NCBI RefSeq assembly: GCF_030684315.1
Contig: NC_081382.1
Span: 10,603,267-10,667,266, forward strand
Length of the DNA stretch: 64,000 nt
Direction: 5' to 3'
Source: Stegostoma tigrinum
Taxonomy: Eukaryota
A model generated the notes under the pieces. That model was given only the letters and a program-made list of their open reading frames with translations, did not search any database and had not been told where the DNA came from. The translations under genes and the position numbers were made by a program. This document shows positions 1 through 12,969 of this stretch, piece after piece; position 1 is the stretch's first letter, and every line of letters begins with the position of its first letter.

Positions 1-249
1 TAAAGAGTTTCAGACTCAGCGCTGGAAAAACTTACAAAATCCTCGAGTCCACAGATGCCACTTATCAAATTTGCTATCAATTTCAGAGGCTAAGGGCTGT
101 AAACACAGAGGAAACAACAGCAGTCTCAGCATCCGCACCACATTCCTCCCCTAAACCTGCACCATGTCCAACCTACCCACAAAATCACAGGTTAAAGCAG
201 TTCAAGAATGAAACATTTCAATGGATATCCCCCTCTCACGAAGCTTATC

Positions 250-1320
250 TTACAGACAGCTCCCTTCATGTTTAAAACATCTCAAGGTCCTTTATAAACA
301 CAATAGAAAATAAAATGCACCACTAAGCCATGGAATGAGAAGCTCAACTAAAATAAGTTTCAAGCAGTATTTTAAATGACGTCGAAGTGACCTTTTAGAG
401 AAAGAATTCCAGATCTTAGGCCCTACATAGTCAACTACAAAGCCACCAATTACAACGATTAAAACTGGAGATGACTAAAAGGCAGAAATAGGGATACATT
501 GATATCCCGGATGGTTGTGTGACTGGAGGAGATTACAGAAATTGGAATGAACGAGGCTATGAAAACCATGAAGAAAATTGGTACAAATTCAGAAATTGGT
601 TGTAGTATATCTTTAAATAGATATTGTGATAATAATGTATTCACAACAAATGCAAGTCACCAGACAGGCAGCTATATAAGGTACCACTTGATTAACAGTG
701 AGCAGTCAACCAACTTAACATTATCAAAAACTCTTCAAGATTGTATCTGTTACTTCATCTTCATGAATAAAGGATCTAATGCACAGTTTACCAATCCCAC
801 TTACGTGATTTGTATATTTGTGTGCAGTAACTACAAAAGTGAAGTCAGCAGAAGCGGCAATCTGCTCAAGGATTGGAGACGAAAGGGAGATTGGAAATGA
901 GGGCAGCATTTTTCCAAGAGAGAGGAGAACAAAGGATTGTGTTTTGAAGAGGTGATGACAGCAAATTTGGAGAACAAGACAGAAATTGTTAAGAAGTAGT
1001 TCTAATGAAGTCAGCTAACATGAAAAAGAAAAGGATTTTGGACAGTCAGTAGTTCATTGGATGAAGAAATAAAACATCAATAGATAGGTCTCATGGATGC
1101 TATCACTTAGTAGATGGAGGAGAGTAAAGAATGAAAGGCAAAAGCTCAGCTAGGCCTGATCAAAGTCTGAAAGGAGATTTTGCCTGTTGGGCTGGGAGAA
1201 GAGAAGGACATGGCAGTGTTCCTGATTAGATGGTCTTAGAAACAAACCGATCCGTGACCTCCTCAACCATATTTTTCAAGATGAAGGTGGAGGTGTATGG
1301 TTAACAAGATGGTTTACAGT
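250..1320 (-). mobile_element. Old, degraded L2-like LINE fragments
   Basis: Purine-rich sequence resembling the reverse complement of L2 3' regions (e.g. agaattccagatcttagg; ggagacgaaagggagattggaaatgagggcag); no intact ORF. Confidence 0.4.
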
Positions 1321-1341
1321 AGAGTAACGAAGGCAGTGCTT

Positions 1342-3660
1342 ATAAGACCATAAGATCATAAGACATAGGAGTGGAAGTGAGGCCATTCGGCCCATCACGT
1401 CCACTCCGCCATTTAAATCATGGCTGATGGGCATTTCAATACCACTTCCCTGCACTGTCCCCATAGCCTTTGATTCCTTCTGAGATCAAGAATTTGTCGA
1501 TCTCTACCTTGAAGGCATCCAACATCCCGGCCTCCACTGCACTCTGCGGCAATGAATTCCACAAGCCCACCACCCTCTGGCTGAAGAAATGTCGTCTCAT
1601 TTCAGTTTTAAATTTCCCCCCTCTAATTTTAAGGCTGTGCCCACGGGTCCTAGTCTCCCCGCCTAACGGAAACAACTTCCTAGCGTCCACCCGTTCTAAA
1701 CCATACATTATCTTGTAAGTTTCTATTAGATATCCCCTCAACCTTCTAAACTCTAATGAGTACAATCCCAGGATCCTCAGCCGTTCATTATACGTTAAAC
1801 CTACCATTCCAGGGATCATTCGTGTGAATCTCCGCTGGACACGCTCCAGGGCTAGTATGTCCTTCCTGAGGTGTGGGGCCCAAAATTGGACACAGTATTC
1901 TAAATGGGGTCTAACTAGAGCTTTATAAAGCCTCAGAAGCACATCGCTGCTTTTATATTCTAACCCTTTTGAGATAAACGACAACATTACATTCGCTTTC
2001 TTAATTATGGACTCTACCTGCAAGTTAACCTTTAGAGAATCCTGGACCAACACTCCCAGATCCCTTTGCATTTCTGATTTGCAAATTTTCTCACCATTTA
2101 GAAAATAGTCCATGCCTGTATTCTTTTTTCCAAAGTGCAAAACCTCACATTTACTCACTTTGAATTTCATCAGCCATTTCCTGGACCACTCTCCTAAACT
2201 GTCTAAATCTTTCTGCAGCTTCCCCACCTCCTCAGTACTACCTGCCTGTCCACTTATCTTTGTATCATCGGCAAACTTCGCCAGAATGCTCCCAGTCCCT
2301 TCATCCAGATCATTAATATATAAGGTGAACAGCTGTGGCCCCAACACTGAACCCTGCGGGACACCATTCTTCACCGGTTGCCATTCCGAAAAAGAGCCTT
2401 TTATCCCAACTCTCTGCCTTCTGTCAGACAGCCAATCCTCAATCCAAGCCAGTAGCTCACCTCAAACACCATGGGCCCTCACCTTGCTCAGCAGCCTCCC
2501 GTGAGGCGCTGTATCAAAGGCCTTTTAGAAGTCTAGATAGATAACTTCTACTGAGTTTCCCTGGTCTAACATACTTGTTACCTCTCCAAAGAATTCTAAC
2601 AGGTTTTTCAGGCATGACCTTCCCTAACTAAAACCATGCTGACTTGTTTTAATCTCACCCTGCACTTCCAGGAATTTAGAAATCTCATCCTTGACAATGG
2701 ATTCCAGAATTTTACCAACTACCGAGGTTAGGCTAATCGGCCTATAATTTTCCATCTTTTGCCTTGATCCTTTCTTAAACAAGGGAGTTACAACAGCAAT
2801 TTTCCAATCATCTGGGACTTTCCCTGACTCCAGTGACTTTTGAAAGATCACGACCAAAGCCTCTGCTATTTCCTCAGCCACCTCCCACAGAACTCTAGGA
2901 TGTAGCCCATCGGGGCCAGGAGATTTATCAATTTTTAGACCCTTTAGCTTTTCTCACACTTTCTCTTTTGTAATACCTACCGTACTCAACTCCGCCCCCT
3001 GGTTCTCCCTAATTGTTGGCATACTACTCATGTCTTCCACTGTGAAGACTGACGCAAAGTACTTATTAAGTTCCTCAGCTATTTCCTTATCTCCCATCAC
3101 TAGCCTTCCAGCATCAATTTGGAGCGGGCCAATATCTACTTTTGCTCTCGTTTGTTTCGTATGTATTGAAAGAAGCTTTTACTGTCATTTCTAACATTAC
3201 TAGCTAGCCTACCTTCATATTTGATCCTCTCCTTCCTTATTGCTCTCTTTGTTATCCTCTGTCTGTTTTTGTAGCCTTCCCAATCTTCTGATTTCCCAGT
3301 GCTCTTGGCCACTTTATAGGCTGTCTCTTTTTCTTTAATATATTACCTGACTTCCTTTGTCAGCCATGGCTGTCTAATCCTACCCCGGATAATCTATCTT
3401 TTGTTTGGGATGAACCTCAGTACTGTGCCGTCAATTACACCCAGAAACCCCTGCCCTTGTTGCTCTACTGTCTTCTCCGCTAGGCTCTGCTTCCAGTCGA
3501 ATTTCGTCAATTCCTCTCTCATGCCCCTGCAATTACCTTTATTTAACTGTAACACCATTACATCCGATTTTGCCTTCTCTCTTTTAAACTGCAGACTTAA
3601 CTCTACCATATTATGATCGCTGCCTCCTAAGTGTTCCGTTACTTTAGGGTCTTTTATATT
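1342..3660 (-). mobile_element. Young 5'-truncated CR1-clade LINE (end of APE endonuclease, RT, 3' UTR, microsatellite tail)
   Basis: Tail ataagacc-ataagatc-ataagac at 1342; ORFs 3394-3822 (HLGGSDHN), 2624-2881 (NYRPISLTS), 1436-2374 (GVPQGSVLGP, FADD, LVRPHLEYCVQFW). Confidence 0.95.
1436..2881 (-). pseudogene. CR1 ORF2 reverse transcriptase, disrupted by in-frame stops
   Basis: ORFs 2624-2881 and 1436-2374 are in the same frame, separated by TAG (2624-2626) and TGA (2462-2464); typical non-LTR RT motifs. Confidence 0.9.
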
Positions 3661-4271
3661 TGTCTCTGCATTCTCCAAGGGTGACCCACACTGTGGGCAT
3701 TGTCGTAAACGCGAAGGGGGCAAATACACTGGGTCAACCCTGTCCTCACAGCAAGCTTTTGCTGTGTCATGGAAAGGAAGTGAGAAATGTTGCAGCTTTC
3801 TCCTGCCTCTCAAACAGCTCAATGAGTGTGGAACTGGATTATCCAGAATTAATGAGATAATTGTGATTCAGCTTTCTCCATATTTCTTTCTGTATTGTTG
3901 TAAAAACAAGTTGCATCTCTAAAAGCTCTTCGTACAAAACTATATTTGAGTGATGTTGCTAGATTTATATGGAGGCCTCATAGTAATTGAAGGAACGCAA
4001 AGTGAGATTTCAGCATGGTGGCTTAAAAGTTTGAATCCAGTTTCCTTTTCAAAGATTTCAAGATAAAATGTTGGTGATTGAAATCGAGATCATAAAGCAG
4101 AAGGCACATCATAAAAAAAAATTCTCTATGTTTTCACTAATGCCTGTTAGGATTAGAAGCATGATATTCTTGACATATTTGGCCTACAGCAATGATTTGA
4201 AAAATCAGGCCCTGCCATATTGGTTGCCTGTAAGTGACTGAGGACACGCTGACAGGAGGCCAAAGCGGAGA

Positions 4272-7200
4272 AACATAGAAGATAGGGGCAGGAGGAGGCC
4301 ATTCAGCCCTTCAAGCCTGCTCCACCATTCTTCATGGTCATGATTGATTGTCCAACTCAATAGCCTAACTTTCTCCCCATAAGCTTTGATCCCATTTGCC
4401 CCAAGTGCTATATCTAGTCACCTTTTGAATACATTCAATGCTATGGCATCAATTACTTCCTGTGGTAATGCATTCCACACGTTCACCACTCACTGGGTGA
4501 AGAAAGGTCTCCTCATCTCTGTCCTAAATCATCTACCCTGAATCCTCAGACTGTGACTCCTGGTTCTGGGCACACCCACCATCGGGAACATCCTCGCTGC
4601 ATCTACCCTGTCTGGTCCTGTTAGAATTTTATATCTCTATGAGATCCCGCCTCATTCATCTGAACTTCAACAAAAACAATCCCAGCCTAGTCAATCTCTC
4701 CTCATACATCAGACCCGCCAGCCCTGGTATCAGCCTGGTAAACCTTCGCTGCACTTGTTCAAGGGTAAAACCATCCTTCCTCAGAAAAGGAGACGAAAAC
4801 TGCGCACTATATCCCTTGTGTGGTCTCACCAAGACCCTGTACAACTGCAACAACACATTGCTGCTCTTGTACTCAATCTCTCCCAATGAAGGCCAACGTA
4901 CTATTTGCCTTCTTTACCGCCTGCTGCACCTGCATGCTTACCTTCAGCGACTGGTGCACAAGGATGCCCATGTCCTGCTGCATGCTCCCCTCTCAAAATT
5001 CATAGCCATTCAGGTCGCGACCTGCTTTCTTGTTTTTGCCTCCAAAGTGAACAACCTCACATTTATTTAAATTATACTGCATCTGCCATTGATTTCCTGA
5101 CTCAGCCAACCTGTCAAGATCAAGGATTTCTGAAGGATTTCTGCAGCGTCATCACAGTTCGCCCTCCCCCTCCACCTACCCCTTCCATCTGCAAACTTGC
5201 AGATGTTACATTTTGTTCCCTCAACCAAATCATTAATATATATTGTGAACAGCTGGGTTCCGAACGCCAATCCCTGTGGCACCCGATCAGTTACTGCCTC
5301 CCAATTTGAAAAGGAACCATTAGTTCCAACTCTTTGTTTCCTGTCTGCCAACCAGATTCCTATCCATCTCAGTACACTTCCCCTAAACCCATGCACTTTA
5401 ATTTTGCGCATTAATCTCTTGTGTGTGGTTTTGTCAAACACTTTCTGAAAATCCAAATATACTACATTGACTGGTTTACCTTTGTCAACTCTACTAATTG
5501 CATCTTCATAGAATTCCAACAGATTTGTCAAGCATTCATGAATCCATGCTGACTCTGTCTGATCCTGCCACTGCTTTCTAAATGCTTTGCTATAAAATCC
5601 TTTACAATGGAATCGAGAATTTTCCCCACTTCAGATTTTAGGCTCAAAGTTTATAATTCTTTGTTTTCTCTTTATCTCCTTTTTAGAACATTGGAGTTAC
5701 AATAGCCACACTCCAAACTGTGGGACTGTTCTAGAGTGTATAGAAGCCTGGAAGGTGATAACCAAAGCATCCACTATTTCTAGAGCTAATTCCTTAAGTA
5801 CTCTGGGATGTGGATTATCTGGCCCTGGGGACTTATTGGTCTTCAACACCAACAATTTTCCCAGCACCATTTCTCTACTAATATCGATCCCCTTCAGCCA
5901 ATCCCTCTCACTAAATCTTGCATCCCCCAACAATTTTGGTATCTGATTTGTGTCCTGTTTTGTGAAGACAGAACCAAAGTATATTTTTAGTTCCTCAGCC
6001 ATTTCTTTGTCCCCTATTAAATATTCACCCATTTCTGATTGTATGGGGCCTACATTTGTCTTTACAAATCTCTTTCTCTTCATGTACAAATTGAAACTCT
6101 TAGTGTTAATCTTAGTGTTCCCTGCAAGCTCACTTTCGTACTCTGTTTTTCCCTTCTTAATCAGAGCCTTGGCCCTTCTATGCTGAATTCTAAACTGCTC
6201 CGAATCCTCAAATTTATTATTTTTCTTGGCCAATCTGTATACTTGTTCCTTGGATCAGATACTATCTCTTATTTCCCTTGAAAGCCATGAATTCACCCTC
6301 TTACCCATTTTGCTTTTGTGACAGATTGGAATAAACTTGTAGATCCACCCTGCATCCCTTGAATGTTTGCCATTACCTCTCTACCATTATTCCTTTAAGT
6401 AACTCTCCCCAATCTATCAAGGCCAACACATGCCTCATATCTTTGTAGTTCTCTTTATTAAGGTTCAGCATCCGAGTCTCCAAATCAACAACCTTACTCT
6501 CCATCTTGATAAAAAATTCTATCATGTTATGGTTGCTTTACCCCTAAGGGGTCTCACACAGTGAGTTTGGCAATGAATGCCTTCTCCATAAGACCATAAG
6601 ACAAAGGAGTGGAAGTAAGGCTATTCGGCCCATCAAGTCCACTCCGCCATTTAAATCATGGCTGATGGGCATCTCAACTCCACTTCCCTGCACTCTCCCA
6701 GTAGCCCTTGATTTCTTGTGAGATCAAGAATTTATCGATCTCTGCCTTGAAGGCATCCAACATCCCGGCCTCCACTGCACTCCGTGGCAATGAATTCCAC
6801 AAGCCCACCACTCTCTGGCTGAAGAAATGTCATCTCATTTCAGTTTTAAATTTACCCCCTCTAATTTTAAGGCTGTGCCCACGGGTCCTAGTCTCCCCGC
6901 CTAACAGAAACAACTTCCTAGCGCCCACCCCTTCTAAGCCATACATTATCTTGTAAGTTTCTATTAGATCTCCCCTCAACCTTCTAAACTCTAATGAGTA
7001 CAATCCCAGGATCCTTAGCCGTTCATCATACGTTAAACGTACCTTTCTAGGGATCATCCGTGTGAATCTCCGCTGGACACGCTCCAGGGCTAGCATGTCC
7101 TTCCTGAGGTGTGGGGCCCAAAATTGGACACAGTATTCTAAATCCTTACACAGCACCCAGTCTAAGATGGCCTGCTGTCTAGGTGGTTCCTCCACATATT

Positions 7201-7530
7201 GGTCAAGAAAACCATCCCGAATACCCTCCAGGAATTCCTCTTCAATAACATTGTGACTAATTTGATTTGCCCGATCTTTGTGCAGATTAAAATCAACCAT
7301 GATCACTGATATTCCCTTGGTATATGCATCTCTAATTTCCTTTTTAATGTCATTCTCAATATCACCACTGCAGCTTTGGGTGTATATCTGACACCTGTTA
7401 ATGTTTTTTGCCACTTGGTATTGTCATGCAGACTCCACTTTGTTAGAACTAACATCCTTTCTCAATGTTATGTTAATTTCTTCTTAAACGAACAATGCCA
7501 CTCTGCCACCTTTTCCGTTGGATCACTTGT
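4272..7530 (-). mobile_element. Older CR1-clade LINE (second subfamily), frameshifted, interrupted by a nested CR1 at 6588-7142
   Basis: ORF fragments 4656-4886, 5067-5531 (VYLDFQKVFD, KFADG), 5697-6233 (KSPGPD), 7143-7414 (VDFN, ILDWVLC); 3' UTR starting aaacatagaagatagg. Confidence 0.9.
6588..7142 (-). mobile_element. Nested 555-bp 3' fragment of the young CR1 subfamily
   Basis: Near-identical to 1342-1902; flanked by tcc/tcc (6585-6587, 7143-7145); host LINE resumes across it. Confidence 0.92.
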
Positions 7531-7597
7531 TTCAAGAGAAAGAAGTTTGTTCTTAGGCAGCATGAAAGCCAAGTTGAAACAGTTAGGTTTTTTTTAA

Positions 7598-7727
7598 GAG
7601 ATATTAGGAACTGCAGATGCTGGAGAATCTGAGATAACAAGGTGTAGAGCTGGATGAACACAGCAGGCCAAGCAGCACCAGAGGAGCAGGAAGGCTGACA
7701 TTTTGGGCCTAGACCCCCCTCAGAAAA
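7598..7727 (-). mobile_element. Penelope-like pLTR fragment with degenerate hammerhead
   Basis: Reverse complement of the terminus found at 9098-9222; T-rich direct repeats (tttttttaa) on both sides. Confidence 0.8.
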
Positions 7728-8060
7728 GATTTTTTTTTAAAAGGCTGTTGTCAAAAGTACCCAATAGTACAGCTTCGAATTCTGTTTAACCATTTCATGC
7801 AATTGTATGTTGTATCATTTTGACTTAATCATTCAACGTCTGCCCTCTCCTGTCTGGCAACCATTAAAAAATATCGCCAAAATAATATGAGAATCTATGA
7901 TGGTAACTCCAAGACAAAGAATGTAAATGTATATTTGCACCTTTTTCATTTCTGGTTTTGGTATCTCATGTCGCCCTCCTTTTACTTTCAGCTGTGCTGC
8001 AGATACATTCGTGATCACTGGTATAGCAGAAGCTAGTTTCCATTTTTTCTCTTGACTTAC

Positions 8061-8274
8061 TTCAGTAGACCTATATGAGAATGCAGATACTAGAGCACTC
8101 TCTAGTTTTAAAAAGATACAATTCCACATCGTGTCCAGCTCACAGCTGAGTCAATGCAATGTCTCAGAAGCAGGTAAAACTCAATATCAGAACACAAACA
8201 TTCTGGGAAGCTGGAAAGCTCAACAAATACACATCTTTGCTGATGTGCATAGTACGTAGAGTGGAACAGAAAAT
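8061..8274 (-). other. Candidate exon (214 nt), no full-length open frame
   Basis: Minus-strand acceptor ctctctcttttctccAG and donor GAA|GTAAGT in non-repeat sequence. Confidence 0.4.
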
Positions 8275-8738
8275 CTGGAGAAAAGAGAGAGTGCGTTGCC
8301 ATTAGTTGAATGAAGCCCAATAAGTTTGCACTATATGGTGTCTTTTCCTACCTAATAGGTCTGAAATTTCACTGCTCGTATGTAGTTTCTATTTATATTC
8401 CCCATCCACTTTCATTTCATTCTGTACCATTATCGAGCTTTTTTTAAAACTGGTTCCATCTGAACCTCTTTGAAATTGGTTTCTATTGTTCTCGAAAGCT
8501 GATACCAGCTGGTCACTATTCGCTTTAGTTTGGCAAGTTTTCTGTCAGACCTGATTTCTCCAGCTGTGGATCAGTTTAGAATGTCCAATTTTGGGCCCCT
8601 GGTTGCTTGACTGTACTCCCAATCAGAATCATAACTGGGACTTTTATTTTATTACTTATAAGGAACAGCTCATATACTATATACGGTTCTGAATCCTTAA
8701 TTTCATCCTCATCTCCAAAACCAGCTTCTTGATATTGT

Positions 8739-9222
8739 AGAAACGGCAACTCATATTCCGCTTGGGAACCCGGCAGCCCAATGGTATCAATGTGGACTTC
8801 ACAAGCTTCAAAATCTCCCCTCCCCCACTGCTTCCCAAAACTAGCCCAGCTTGTCCCCACCTCCCTAACCTGTTCTTCCTCTCAGCTATCCCCTCCACCC
8901 ACCTCAAGCCGCACCTCCATTTCCTACCAACCAACCTCATTCCTCCTCCTTGACCTGTCCGTCCTCCCTGGACTGCCCTACCCCTCCCTACCTCCCCACC
9001 TGTACTCTCCTCTCTACCTATCTTTTTTTCTCTCCATCTTTGGTCCGCCTCCCCCTCGCTCCCTATTTATTCCAGAACCCTCTCTCCATTCCCCTCTCTG
9101 ATGAAGGGTCTAGGTCTGAAACGTCAGCTTTTGTGCTCGTGAGATGCTGCTTGGCCTGCTGTGTTCATCCAGCTTCACACTTTGTTATCTTGGATTCTCC
9201 AGCATCTGCAGTTCCCATTATC
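8739..9222 (+). mobile_element. 5'-truncated Penelope-like element (GIY-YIG C-terminus, C-rich tract, pLTR with hammerhead and tail)
   Basis: LIFRLGTRQPNGINVDFTSFKI; homologous to 31225-31709; 12-bp TSD tcttgatattgt at 8727-8738 and 9223-9234. Confidence 0.92.
9098..9125 (+). ncRNA. Minimal hammerhead ribozyme motif (Penelope-associated)
   Basis: CTGATGA-A-GGGTCTAGGTCT-GAAA-CGTC; core intact, stem II with G-U pairs. Confidence 0.65.
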
Positions 9223-10204
9223 TCTTGATATTGTGGCTTGTTTTAGAGACAAGGGTGAAATTAAGGCATATCAGATCTGGAGGAAGTTACTTTTTAAATG
9301 TTTGTTAGTTGTAGCTAAGTTTCATCTCCAACATGTGAACATTCTTATAAAGATGTAACACAAAATTGGAGTTGAGGGCCAAAGGACTTGCTGGCTGGTT
9401 GTGTCACCCTTAAAGAAAATGTGTCACATATCAAGTCAGCTGTCTCCTGTTGAATCCTTGTAGATTTCATGAAAATTGACCAAACTGTCTGGTCACGTGA
9501 TTGCTTTGGCCCTTTTAAGACAATGGTTTTGGTCCAATTTTCAAGTCTATTTCAATCCATAAAAATCCCAGATATTTATGGCTAGTAGAATATAAAAATC
9601 AATTCTCCATATTTTATGTAATCATGACAACTTTCCAATTCAAATAAGATGATTTGCTTCATATTTAGATCCTTCAAAGTTTAGGATCTAAAATGTGATG
9701 ACATGAATGTGGTAAAAGTTCTAATTACTGACCAATCATTTCAGTGGGATCACAAAATTGCTTTCAGTTCCACACGAAAAAAAAAATTTGGTAACATTTT
9801 AACAATGTGAAACTTTTTTATTAATTAAATCTCAGGTCAATAATTAAGAAGGTCTTGTATCATTATGTGATGTTCCCAATTCCCTGTTGCAAGATCAGTC
9901 ATTACATTTTCATAAATGTAATTGTTATGAAATTTGGCTGACAGGAAAGCTGTTTGAACTTTGCAACATGATAGAAAAATCAGTGCTCAATGTACTAAAG
10001 TAACATTAAGTCTATTACAGTACCATGGCGACCAAAATAGAGACAAGGGAGCAGGTTAGGCCCACTTTTACCCCATTTGGAGAGCTGGAAGGAAATACTA
10101 AAGCCAGAAACAATTTTTATTTTTGATACACACAGTTAAATGTTTTGAACTGAAATGTAATAATGTCAATGTTGAATGTGAGAAGCGTGTGCTTTCATTA
10201 AAAA

Positions 10205-10660
10205 ATTCATTCATGAGATGTGGGTGTCAATGGCTGGGCCAGCATTTATTGTCTAAGTCCAATTGCTCAAAGGTTATTTAAGACCACTCTCCTATAAGCT
10301 AGATTAGATAAGGATAAAATAGTTTCACTCTGTAAAGGACTTCAGTGAACCAGCTGCATGTTTTTACATTTGACAGCATTTATGTGGCTACTATTGGGTT
10401 TTCTTTTGACTCCAGATTTCACTTTTTTTTAAAAAGACATCATCTGCTATTGTATCAGAGATAATGGGAACTGCAGATGCTGGAGAATGCAAGATAACAA
10501 GTTGTGGAGCTGGATGAACACAGCAGGCCAAGCTAAGATCTGCTTGGCCTGCTGTGCTCATCCAGCTCCACATTTTGCTATCATCTGCTATTGTGAGATT
10601 TGAGCCCATAAACCCAGATTCCCAGATTACTGTCCCAGTGACAATACCACTGAGCCATCA
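10205..10660 (-). mobile_element. tRNA-derived SINE (family B), interrupted by a Penelope fold-back
   Basis: ttcattcatgagatgtgggtgtcaatggctgggccagcatttatt tail; tRNA-like head near 10595-10660; homologous to 37058-37702 and 45183-45520. Confidence 0.7.
10454..10579. mobile_element. Fold-back (inverted pLTR) Penelope mini-insertion lacking the hammerhead
   Basis: Arms inverted about taagatct; exact 15-bp TSD atcatctgctattgt at 10439-10453 and 10580-10594. Confidence 0.88.
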
Positions 10661-10946
10661 TGTCCTCTGTGCATGCTTTGAAAATGAAGAGTGTGATTGG
10701 TGTACTTCCACCAGACCACTGACTGCCTTCATGTATAAATTCTTTCAGTATTCAATCTCGCTTTCTCATTCCAAACAATGCACTCAGTGAGGAACTCTGT
10801 AAAATTTCACTAACTTTGTTTCCAATTTCCACTCTCTATGCACTTGATCTCTGATGTTTCAGTTCCTCCCTTAATTTCTATACCACCACTTCTGATGATG
10901 AGATGTAAAACAGGGATCCACTCCAAGTCAACTGTCTGTTATAGCT

Positions 10947-11170
10947 GAGGAGACAGGTAGTGGAAACTGCTGAAGCTGGAGAATCTGAGATAACATGGTG
11001 TAGAGCTGGATGAACTCAGCAGGCCAGGCAGTGTCAGAGGAGCAGGACAGCTGATGCTTCGGGTCTGAACCCTTTTTCTGAAGAAGGGTCTAGGCCCGAA
11101 ATGTCGGCTTTCCTGCTCCTCTGGTGCTGCTTGCCCTGCAGCGTTCATCCAGCTCTACACCTTGTTATTT
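10947..11170. mobile_element. Fold-back Penelope mini-insertion with central hammerhead motif (11078-11105)
   Basis: Inverted arms; CTGAAGA-A-GGGTCTAGGCCC-GAAA-TGTC; TSD ctgtct(g/c)ttatagct at 10932-10946 and 11171-11185. Confidence 0.88.
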
Positions 11171-11499
11171 CTGTCTCTTATAGCTATCTTGAATAAGCTT
11201 CTTCACACCTTGTTTATCTAAAAATTCTATTCCATTTTCCAAGTTTCTGAATCTTCGTTGCATCGATTTTGACATTATATGCCTCGAGGTCTTCCTTTCC
11301 TCAACTGAGGGTTGTCTTTTGCCATGACCACTGGGGTCCTCGGCTGTGTCTGCCCAACTTCTTTTATGTCTGGCCCCTGCCTTTTCCTTACATCCAAAAC
11401 AGTATTAGGATTCTCAATGCCCTCAAATACACCCAACCAGCTTCCATATTCAAAAGATTGTTGTATAACACATTTTTTGCTTCCGTTAACATGATGACT

Positions 11500-11960
11500 G
11501 TTCTACCAAACACATCTTCCACTTCTTTCTCCTTTCATCATTTCATAGGGACTGTTCTCTCCATGACACTCTGGTTTTCTCATCAATCAATTTGTAACAT
11601 TTTTTTGTGCCAACATTAAAAGCAGAAATTGCTGGAAACACTCAGCAGGTCAGCCAAACCCTGCAGAGAAAGAAATAGAGTTGATCTTTTACATGAAATA
11701 TGACTCTTTGCCAGGAGCCCCTATTCTTCAAACTGCACTTTTCCATGCAAGCACAAGAGATACAATGCATTATCAACCCCGTCACCTCTTCTTGTTCCAC
11801 CACCTAGGCTCCAAAGGCACTCTATCATTAAAGCAATGATTTACTTGAACTCTTTTCAATGAAGTGTACTGCAATCACTGTCTATAATTCAGTGTGTTCT
11901 GCATGGGGAACTCCAACAAGGAATGCTATGGATTGCCTGTACATCTCTGACATAAAGACC
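11500..11960 (+). mobile_element. Highly degraded Penelope-like GIY-YIG region with a family-2 pLTR fragment (11618-11715, minus) inside
   Basis: Weak similarity to 30860-31060 (ctctccatgacactctggtt; gtgtactgcaatcactgt). Confidence 0.45.
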
Positions 11961-12324
11961 TCAAGCCAATGAATGCTGTACAAGCCATGCTGCGTGAGTG
12001 CAGTAGGAGATTGTCGGGGCAATATGATGGTTGATACCTCCTCCCACCTTCCCTGTTCACCTCCACAGCGCTCAAGAATGACAGCAGTATATATACCAAC
12101 ATGTTGGCAAATACTCACTGTTCAAACAGACAGGAAATCAGGCCCATGGCCTTTTGCAGTGAGGATATGTTGAATTGTCTTTCAGAATAGTGGCCCATTG
12201 GTGTCAATTTCATTGTGAGCTATCATTAATTGTGCTTCATGGAGAAGGCCATCATCAATCAGCAGTGACCAATGACATGGTCAAGATTGTTTGTAACCAG
12301 GATTTGTGTCCCATGTAATAGGAA

Positions 12325-12448
12325 AACAGAGAATTGCAGATGCTGTTAATCTGAAATAAAAACAGTGTTGGAGAAACACTTCAGATCTAGCAGCATCTGT
12401 AGAGATAGAAAGAGAGTTAACGTTTTGAGTTCAGTGACCTTCCATCAA
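12325..12448 (-). mobile_element. Penelope-like pLTR, family 2, degenerate hammerhead
   Basis: Homologous to 27045-27175, 33175-33306, 40748-40862; minus strand reads gatggaaggtcactgaactcaaaacgttaac. Confidence 0.65.
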
Positions 12449-12521
12449 TTCTATTTCTTTGAACACACTTTAGACATTAAGACATGACCACTTGTTTGAA
12501 GGACATGCAGTGTTTTTTAAA

Positions 12522-12634
12522 ATTCATCCATGGGATGAGGGTGTCACTGGCTAGGCCAATATTTATCACCCATCCCTAATCGTCCAAAGGGCCATTTGAG
12601 TCAGCCTGGATCTAAAGTCACATGTAGGCTAGAC
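12522..12634 (-). mobile_element. SINE family B 3' fragment
   Basis: ttcatccatgggatgagggtgtcactggctaggcc matches other copies. Confidence 0.7.
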
Positions 12635-12866
12635 TGTACGGTAGAGTAGGAGACTGCATGTCATTATGCAAGACTAGTCTCTAATAATATGAAAATAGGC
12701 CTGTTAATCTGGTCCAATCAGGGAGCTCTGGCTGGCATTTATAATCAGGACTGTCAGAGGTTCTGGTCATTCTGAGAGCTGGCTCTGAGGGAGCTAGATT
12801 GGTGTCAAGGGCTCTCCATATATAAGTAAATAAATAAATAATACTGTCCTCTTTAGACTTATTTCA
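12635..12866 (+). mobile_element. Solo-LTR-like element
   Basis: TG...CA ends, CCAAT (ggtccaatcaggg), TATA-like tttataa, AATAAA; homologous to 40007-40225. Confidence 0.6.
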
Positions 12867-12969
12867 TTAAAAGTAGAATGTACATCATCCCTACTGAAAG
12901 TGAAACCGAAATAAAATGGATTCCAGAGGGATGGACAAAAGAAACAAAATGGGGGAAGTCAGAGATCAC

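Noticed and set aside
547-900. 117-aa ORF
   Set aside because: Lies within degraded L2-like sequence on the opposite strand; no recognisable motif
1436-2374. 312-aa RT ORF as a functional or domesticated gene
   Set aside because: Part of a 5'-truncated CR1 with upstream in-frame stops and a standard LINE tail
9664-9692. 10-bp hairpin tttagatcct/aggatctaaa as miRNA or terminator
   Set aside because: Too short for a pre-miRNA and plausible by chance in AT-rich DNA
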